Virus record (IMG/VR): IMGVR_UViG_2830161386_000001
Location: 64,001 to 128,000 of that record
DNA from: a virus
Lineage: Duplodnaviria > Caudoviricetes
Length of the DNA: 64,000 nt
Strand: one strand, 5' to 3'
The position numbers were made by a program, and so were the translations under genes. Positions within the stretch are counted from its first letter, which is position 1, and each line of letters starts with the position of its first letter. A model generated the notes under the pieces. It saw nothing but the letters and a program-made list of their open reading frames with translations, made no database searches and was not told the origin of the DNA. Positions 58,723 to 64,000 of this stretch are shown piece by piece.

Positions 58723-59157
58723 TTAAAACGTGGCGTCGGTCTCCTCCCCCACAAACAGGCTCAGCGACGGATGCTCCTCCAAAAGCCCGGCGTGAGATTG
58801 GCCCGCAATTTGAGAGCGGGCCGACCGGAGCAGGTCGTGAACCTGATTTACGCTTTCGACCGACTCCTCCTCGTAGCCGATCTCTTCAAGCCGCTTCTTC
58901 CGCTCGCGGATTTCCTCAAGAAGAGACCGGACCTCCTCTTCGTTCTCGAAAAACGCGAGGACCGACCGCCGGCGCTCCGGGCTTATTTGCTGGAGCAGGC
59001 GGCGGGCCCGCTTCCGCATCCGCGACTCGTACCGGGCGGACATCTCCGACTCGTACCAGGCCGGGCTTTGGCTGCCCGTTTTCAGTTCGGTTGGGATGAG
59101 GCGGTCTTCAAGGTGCTCGATAATTTGATCGATTTCAGAGGGGCTGTCGCCATCCAT
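58723..59157 (-). CDS. Hypothetical coiled-coil protein
   Basis: 144-aa helical charged ORF within the operon. Confidence 0.55.
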   Translation of the reverse strand: MDGDSPSEIDQIIEHLEDRLIPTELKTGSQSPAWYESEMSARYESRMRKRARRLLQQISPERRRSVLAFFENEEEVRSLLEEIRERKKRLEEIGYEEESVESVNQVHDLLRSARSQIAGQSHAGLLEEHPSLSLFVGEETDATF

Positions 59158-59172
59158 GTTGGTAAGGGGGAT

Positions 59173-59454
59173 TTATTTGACAGACTTGCGAATTGTCCAT
59201 TCTCTTGTGGAATCGGGATTCACGGCAAGCCGATAGGGGCACTCACCGGTCCGGCACTGAATCGTGGCTTCTTTCAATCCGTTGCGCCGCTTCTGGTCGC
59301 CGTATGCGCTTGCAAACAGGCCACATGCAATTAGTATCGCCAGCGCCGAAAGCACGGGCGGCCCAGCCGACCCGCGGTCGCCAGCGGCAGAAACGCCCGC
59401 CGCAAACGAAAACAGGCAAGCCAAAACCGCCGCAAGAATTGTAGGAAGATACAT
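59173..59454 (-). CDS. Small membrane protein (two hydrophobic helices)
   Basis: ILAAVLACLFSFAAGV and VLSALAILIACGLFASA segments. Confidence 0.55.
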   Translation of the reverse strand: MYLPTILAAVLACLFSFAAGVSAAGDRGSAGPPVLSALAILIACGLFASAYGDQKRRNGLKEATIQCRTGECPYRLAVNPDSTREWTIRKSVK

Positions 59455-59488
59455 GCTTAAAAGCGTCTGTTACGCGAAAGACAACGAA

Positions 59489-59500
59489 TCCCAGCTGGGA
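59489..59500. repeat. Palindrome copy 10
   Basis: gaaTCCCAGCTGGGActgg; intergenic, about 35 nt upstream of ATG 59454. Confidence 0.9.
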
Positions 59501-59558
59501 CTGGGCGGGAGGCCCCCGCCCAGCCACGCGCTAGGGGCGCTTCTTGGGCAACCGCGCT

Positions 59559-62500
59559 TTAGCTGCACCGCGAGTGGCCGCAGTCCGCGCAGGTCATGCA
59601 GGACTCCTCCATCCGGACGTTGTCGGACCCACATTTGTCGCAGGTCGGCCGGCCGGTTTCCGCGTGGGCCTGGAGGGCCTTTGCAAGCGACTGCCCAAAA
59701 GAGGCTATCGACCCCTCGGCCTTCTCCAGCTGCTTGACCAGAAAGTCGATCTTCGCTCCGTGGCGAAGCGCCGTCGAAACCATTCGGGTTTCGTGCCGGA
59801 CGTCGTCGTTGGGGGCCTTCGAGGTGATGTCGTCGACGATCACCTTCTCGTCTCCCTCCGGCGCCAGAAGCTGGTAGTGCCCCGACCCGGCCTTCCGGAT
59901 ACGGCCCCTAGAGAGCTTCTCGCCGCTGGAATCGGTGATGCGGACCTCCCCCATCGTCGTAAAGGCAAACACCTCATACGGAGTCTCCTCCAGAAAGCCG
60001 ACCAGCACCTTCCAGTTGTCGCCCCGGAACCGGATGCGGTGGATCGCCGCCTCCAGGGTGCCGGGCCGCTCGGGGGCCTCCGTCCGGGGAACGCCGCTTC
60101 CCTCCTCGCCTTCCCCGGAGAGAACCGCGCTCATCGTGCCGGCCCGGTAGGTGGTCACGCCCTTAATCGCCGTGGCCTGGTGGGCCTTGTCGTAGAGGTC
60201 CTTGAAGTCCTCGAAGGGATAGTCATTCGGGACGTTGACCGTTTTGCTCATGCTTGAGTCAATAAACGGGGCCAGCGCCTTCATCTGGGTCAGGTGGTCG
60301 TCCACGTCCAGATCGCGGGTCGTGACCGCCCAGTCGGCATCCGGGTCAAACTCCCCGTTCATGTTGCGCTTCGCGTAGTCCTCCACGACGCTGTCCTTGA
60401 CAATGCCGCGAGTCGGGTGGATCTGCCAGTGGGTGTGACCCTCCACCGTGCACCGCGCCACGTTCTCATCGCCCTGCTCCTCGATTTCCCAGTCCTCGGC
60501 GTGGTCACCGGAGATGTCCCCGGCTTCCAGATCAAGCACGTCCGGTCGCTCGACCTCGTCGGGGAGCGCCGGCTGCTCCGATGTCCGCACGTAGCTATGC
60601 ATGAACACTGGCTCGACGCCCGAGGACGGCGCGTTCGCAACAGTCGACGTATTCCCCGTCGGCTGAATCGACAGCAGGTGGCTGTTGCGAAGGCCGTAGG
60701 CGGCGATCATCTCCTTCGTTTCCGGAGAGAGCCGGTCGATAAACGGAGAGTTGTTCAGGTACTCGTCCTTGTCGAACAGCGGGAACGCGCCCTTCTCTTC
60801 TGCAAGGCGAGCGCTGGCCTGGTAGGCCAGGTTCGCAAGCCGCTCTTGAAAGGCCCGCATGACCTCAAACCCCTCGTCGGACCCGTATCGGACCTTCATC
60901 ATCGCAAGGGCCGACCCGTCTCCGTAGTGGCCGAGGCCGATCCGCCGCTTGTTTTGAAGATTCCAGCGCTGCTTCTGCGTCGGGACGTAGGTCCGGTCGT
61001 TCACGTTGTCGAGGAACCGCACTGCCCGTGGCACGAGCGTCTCCAGCAGGTCGTAGTCAAACCCGCTCCGGCTCTCGTTCATGAGCTGGGTCAGGTTGAA
61101 ATTCCCCAGGAGGCAGACACCCCCAACAGGCAAAATTTGCTCACCACAGTTGTGAATCACAATGCCGTTTCCGACCAGAGAATGGGTGTCCGGCTCCGTA
61201 AGGTCATAGACCGGCTCAACGCCACGATTGCGAATCTCATCGACTGTCGCGGTGAACGCCCGGCTGTAGGGCCCTTTTGTGTATGAGTCGAGAAGCTCAT
61301 CGAGCTGCTCGCTCTTGTAGTCAATCAAGAAGCCGATCTCATCGCGGAAGCGAATGAGATCGTCTTTCGACACAACGAGATCATGGCAGCCCTGAACATC
61401 ATACTCCTTAGAGCCGCCCTTTCCATCAGGCAATACTTTCTTGCCTTCCGTCTTACGATCGGCATACAGTGTCGAATATATGCCAAAGTTCAACAGAAGC
61501 CGCTGAACCTCTTTCAGAAGCTCTTTGCTTACGCTAGTAAGACGGACCGACAAACCGTTAGCAGCGGTTCCTTGCACGCCACCATCGGCGCTAAACAAGC
61601 CCTGAAGGTATCCACGGGCCATGTCTTCGGACCCGCGCATGACACGGTCAGGGACCTGTAGCTTGTTTTCTGCAAGCCCTGTCGATACAGCAAGGTCGTA
61701 TGTCGGCTTGTTCTGCACGCGAACCTCACGCTGATCGCTTCTGGCGCTTGCATCGTCTGGAATTTCTACGACTCCAGACTCATAATCATCACGGTGCACG
61801 TGATCGGAATGTCGCGGCAACTCGTTGGTTGCCTCAGCCATTGCCTCTGCAATCTCACAGTCTTCGCCAAAGAAGGAAAGAACTCCCCAGCTCATTTCCT
61901 CATTGACGTATCCGTCGCCCACAAGCCAGCCCAGAACGCGCCCTTCTCCCAAGGAACCGTGGTCACCAAATCCACCTTTTCGGTTCTGGATATGAATCTC
62001 GTCTCCTTTAGACAGGTGTTGAGTTTCAACCCACCCGTTAGGCGTTCGGATCTTGTGGTCGGCCGTCACTGAAAGCTCATATCCTTCCTCAGTGACAAGG
62101 TCGTACGTCATTTTCTCACCCGTCTTATAAACGCCCTGTTCGGTCGTGGGGTGGATCTTCTGGTCTGAAAGACGTCCATCGACAACAACTTCCTGCGGCG
62201 AGTTGGCTTCAGCCAAGACAGCAGCCGAAACTAGACCCTGATCCGTTGAGATCAGCGTATCGCCTGTAAAGCAAGGATTGGTCGCGTCGATGTGCTCCTC
62301 GTAGCCGAGGTTGTTTTCCCGGTTCATCTTGTCGACAAACAGGACGCCGGGCTCATTCCGCTCGTAGGTCGAGCGCATGATTTTGTCCCAAATCTCTTGG
62401 GCGTCGTAGACGGCCTTCTCGCCGGTGGCCGGATCACGCCAAACGCGGACGGTCCCGCCTGCCTCCTCGTACTTCTGGAGGTCCCCCTCCCAGTGCTCCT

Positions 62501-63284
62501 CGTAGAAGCCCGGCTCTCCCTCGTAATCGGGGTACTTCAGGGCCCACTTCTTTCCCTCCCGCACCGCGTTCATGAACTTGTCGGTCACGAGCACCGACAT
62601 GTTGAACTTGTGCAGGCGGCCGGCTTCCTGCTTCGCCTCGATAAACTCCAAGAGGTCCGGGTGCCAGCAGTGCATCGTCACCATCTGGGCACCCTTCCGG
62701 ATCTTGTCCTTCACGTCGTCTCGGTCGGAGTCCATGCCGGACCCGGCGACAATCGTGGCGGCCTGCTCATTCCAGCAGTCCAGCATCCGCACCGCTCCGG
62801 GGGTCATCGCGCCCACGCCCCCAATCCGGGCGCCTCTCGGTCGCATAAACGAGGCGCAGAAACCGTACCCGCCTTCCGAGGCTAGAATCTTGGCCTGCCG
62901 GGTCAGCTCCGCCTGGATCTCGTCCATCGAGTCCTGGTCTGTGCCCCGGGCTCCACTGACAAAACAGTTGATGAGGCTGGCCTTGCCGAGCCCCGTCCCG
63001 GCGTTTGCGAGAATCCGCCCACCGGGCGTAAACGGAAACGGGCCCGTCCCCACGCCCTTGCCGCTCAGCAGCTCGTAGAACTTCTTCGTCCACTCCTCTG
63101 GACTCTCTTCCTCTTGGGCCAGGGCCCGGGCGTTTCGGTACCACGTGTCCGGGACCCGGCTGTCTTTCCCGTACTTGTAGTTTTGGCCGTAGACCTCCTC
63201 GCTGATTTCGGTTTGAAAGATGTCTTCGTTCGTCCGGCTGTCAGACAGGATCTCCGAGCCGGAAAGCTGAATTTGATTTTGCAT
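59559..63284 (-). CDS. nrdJ: Class II (AdoCbl-dependent) ribonucleotide reductase, intein-containing
   Basis: TPGGRILAN, LINCFV, EPGVLFVD, ATNP[intein]CGEQ, RRIGLG, QPTGNTS, GVTTYR, and a C-terminal domain ending CDKC...CADC. Likely start MQNQIQ at 63284. Confidence 0.9.
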   Translation of the reverse strand: MQNQIQLSGSEILSDSRTNEDIFQTEISEEVYGQNYKYGKDSRVPDTWYRNARALAQEEESPEEWTKKFYELLSGKGVGTGPFPFTPGGRILANAGTGLGKASLINCFVSGARGTDQDSMDEIQAELTRQAKILASEGGYGFCASFMRPRGARIGGVGAMTPGAVRMLDCWNEQAATIVAGSGMDSDRDDVKDKIRKGAQMVTMHCWHPDLLEFIEAKQEAGRLHKFNMSVLVTDKFMNAVREGKKWALKYPDYEGEPGFYEEHWEGDLQKYEEAGGTVRVWRDPATGEKAVYDAQEIWDKIMRSTYERNEPGVLFVDKMNRENNLGYEEHIDATNPCFTGDTLISTDQGLVSAAVLAEANSPQEVVVDGRLSDQKIHPTTEQGVYKTGEKMTYDLVTEEGYELSVTADHKIRTPNGWVETQHLSKGDEIHIQNRKGGFGDHGSLGEGRVLGWLVGDGYVNEEMSWGVLSFFGEDCEIAEAMAEATNELPRHSDHVHRDDYESGVVEIPDDASARSDQREVRVQNKPTYDLAVSTGLAENKLQVPDRVMRGSEDMARGYLQGLFSADGGVQGTAANGLSVRLTSVSKELLKEVQRLLLNFGIYSTLYADRKTEGKKVLPDGKGGSKEYDVQGCHDLVVSKDDLIRFRDEIGFLIDYKSEQLDELLDSYTKGPYSRAFTATVDEIRNRGVEPVYDLTEPDTHSLVGNGIVIHNCGEQILPVGGVCLLGNFNLTQLMNESRSGFDYDLLETLVPRAVRFLDNVNDRTYVPTQKQRWNLQNKRRIGLGHYGDGSALAMMKVRYGSDEGFEVMRAFQERLANLAYQASARLAEEKGAFPLFDKDEYLNNSPFIDRLSPETKEMIAAYGLRNSHLLSIQPTGNTSTVANAPSSGVEPVFMHSYVRTSEQPALPDEVERPDVLDLEAGDISGDHAEDWEIEEQGDENVARCTVEGHTHWQIHPTRGIVKDSVVEDYAKRNMNGEFDPDADWAVTTRDLDVDDHLTQMKALAPFIDSSMSKTVNVPNDYPFEDFKDLYDKAHQATAIKGVTTYRAGTMSAVLSGEGEEGSGVPRTEAPERPGTLEAAIHRIRFRGDNWKVLVGFLEETPYEVFAFTTMGEVRITDSSGEKLSRGRIRKAGSGHYQLLAPEGDEKVIVDDITSKAPNDDVRHETRMVSTALRHGAKIDFLVKQLEKAEGSIASFGQSLAKALQAHAETGRPTCDKCGSDNVRMEESCMTCADCGHSRCS
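61149..62273 (-). mobile_element. Intein (375 aa) with LAGLIDADG homing endonuclease
   Basis: Starts CFTGDT and ends GIVIHN before Cys+1. Block B VTADH; endonuclease motifs LGWLVGDG and LQGLFSADG; lower GC than the exteins. Confidence 0.92.
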
Positions 63285-63415
63285 ACGTCCTCGGTGTTGA
63301 TGAAACGAAAAACAGATAAGGGGCGCACTTCGCCAAAGAGAAGCGGCACCCAGGGCGGGCGCCGCGGCTGAAGTCAGTTGCAAAAAATCAGTTGTAAAAA
63401 AGGCTACGAAAATGG

Positions 63416-63835
63416 TTAGAGAAACTCGGCGCGCCGGCCATCGGCCCGCTTTGGGCCTGCCCGGTACACGTAGTCGGACTCCGACTGGGGGAACCCGCCG
63501 GGCTGCCCAACTCCGCCCCGAGCCAAAAACGCAGACTCCGGCTCCCGCACTCCACCGGTGGAAAACCCGATTAGAATCTCCTCTCGCCCTCGCCACTGGA
63601 TCCACTGCCGGGCCGCCGACACCGATCCCGGGCGGGCGATCACGACGCTTAGGTTTCCGTGCTCACCGACCGCTCGGGGCATCGTATACGCGATGCGCCC
63701 GGTTTTCTGCATGCGGCGGCGCACGCTGGTTGCCCCCTCACGGTCTAAGTTCGACCGCTCGAACAAGACGCGGGTCAGCTCCGACTCCGCGTTGGGGCAT
63801 TTGTTAACCGGTTCCAGGGATGGGAGAAAGTTCAT
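63416..63835 (-). CDS. Hypothetical protein (139 aa)
   Basis: Same strand as all other genes and plausible composition. Confidence 0.5.
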   Translation of the reverse strand: MNFLPSLEPVNKCPNAESELTRVLFERSNLDREGATSVRRRMQKTGRIAYTMPRAVGEHGNLSVVIARPGSVSAARQWIQWRGREEILIGFSTGGVREPESAFLARGGVGQPGGFPQSESDYVYRAGPKRADGRRAEFL

Positions 63836-64000
63836 GCTGAGAGGCTACGTTAGAGAAAGCGGCTGCGGCGCACTACCACCGCAAAAAGAGCGATACCTCG
63901 CTGATCGGGCGCACCGGCCCGCCGCCAATCCGAGACTCCGCCCCGGCCGCCACTTCTGCCGAAAGGCGAAGCCCGCCGCCAAGCCGAATTCCGCCGGAAA

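Noticed and set aside
59173-59454. Holin assignment for the two-helix membrane protein
   Set aside because: No endolysin is adjacent and the context is nucleotide metabolism; hydrophobicity alone is insufficient.
10192-59500. Palindromic repeats as a CRISPR array or REP/IS ends
   Set aside because: The copies are kilobases apart with no spacer-repeat periodicity, and I saw no cas genes, transposase or target duplications.
63285-63605. N-terminal 107 aa of the 1348-aa RNR ORF (likewise the extensions at 40036-40194, 42807-42926 and 25595-25636)
   Set aside because: They overlap upstream genes or read like intergenic sequence; the downstream ATGs fit better.
1-64000. tRNA, rRNA or structured ncRNA genes; alternative genetic code
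   Set aside because: Intergenic gaps are short, I recognised no cloverleaf, and long ORFs are intact under the standard code.

Overview
A 64-kb segment of a large tailed dsDNA virus (Caudoviricetes-like). All credible genes are on the minus strand. Very acidic proteins, a GC-rich backbone, A/C-rich start regions without Shine-Dalgarno motifs and intrinsic terminators point to an extreme-halophile host. A Salinibacter-like bacterium is my best inference, but a haloarchaeon is not excluded. In transcription order (right to left) the window holds: an intein-containing class II ribonucleotide reductase; small genes, including an orphan Phd/YefM-type antitoxin; a head module with two large multi-enzyme polyproteins, a GpA-type terminase, a calcineurin-like phosphoesterase, a third polyprotein, a putative prohead protease, scaffold-like proteins, a decoration protein and the major capsid protein; then a ~3,800-aa repeat protein and several fiber/spike proteins. 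Two signals stand out. (1) Head-module proteins are punctuated by a K-x-A motif (EKTA/EKEA/KQAS). In the polyproteins it falls between discrete cargo modules (ParB-like, ADP-ribosyltransferase-like, SNF2, zincin, nucleotidyltransferase), several of which are bracketed by Gly/Ala-rich hydrophobic segments. This suggests a protease-released, virion-packaged effector-cassette system. (2) A 12-20-bp palindrome (core TCCCAGCTGGGA) occurs 10 times at roughly 3-7.5-kb spacing, just upstream of genes and at polyprotein module junctions. All assignments come from reading motifs by eye; no searches or computations were run.
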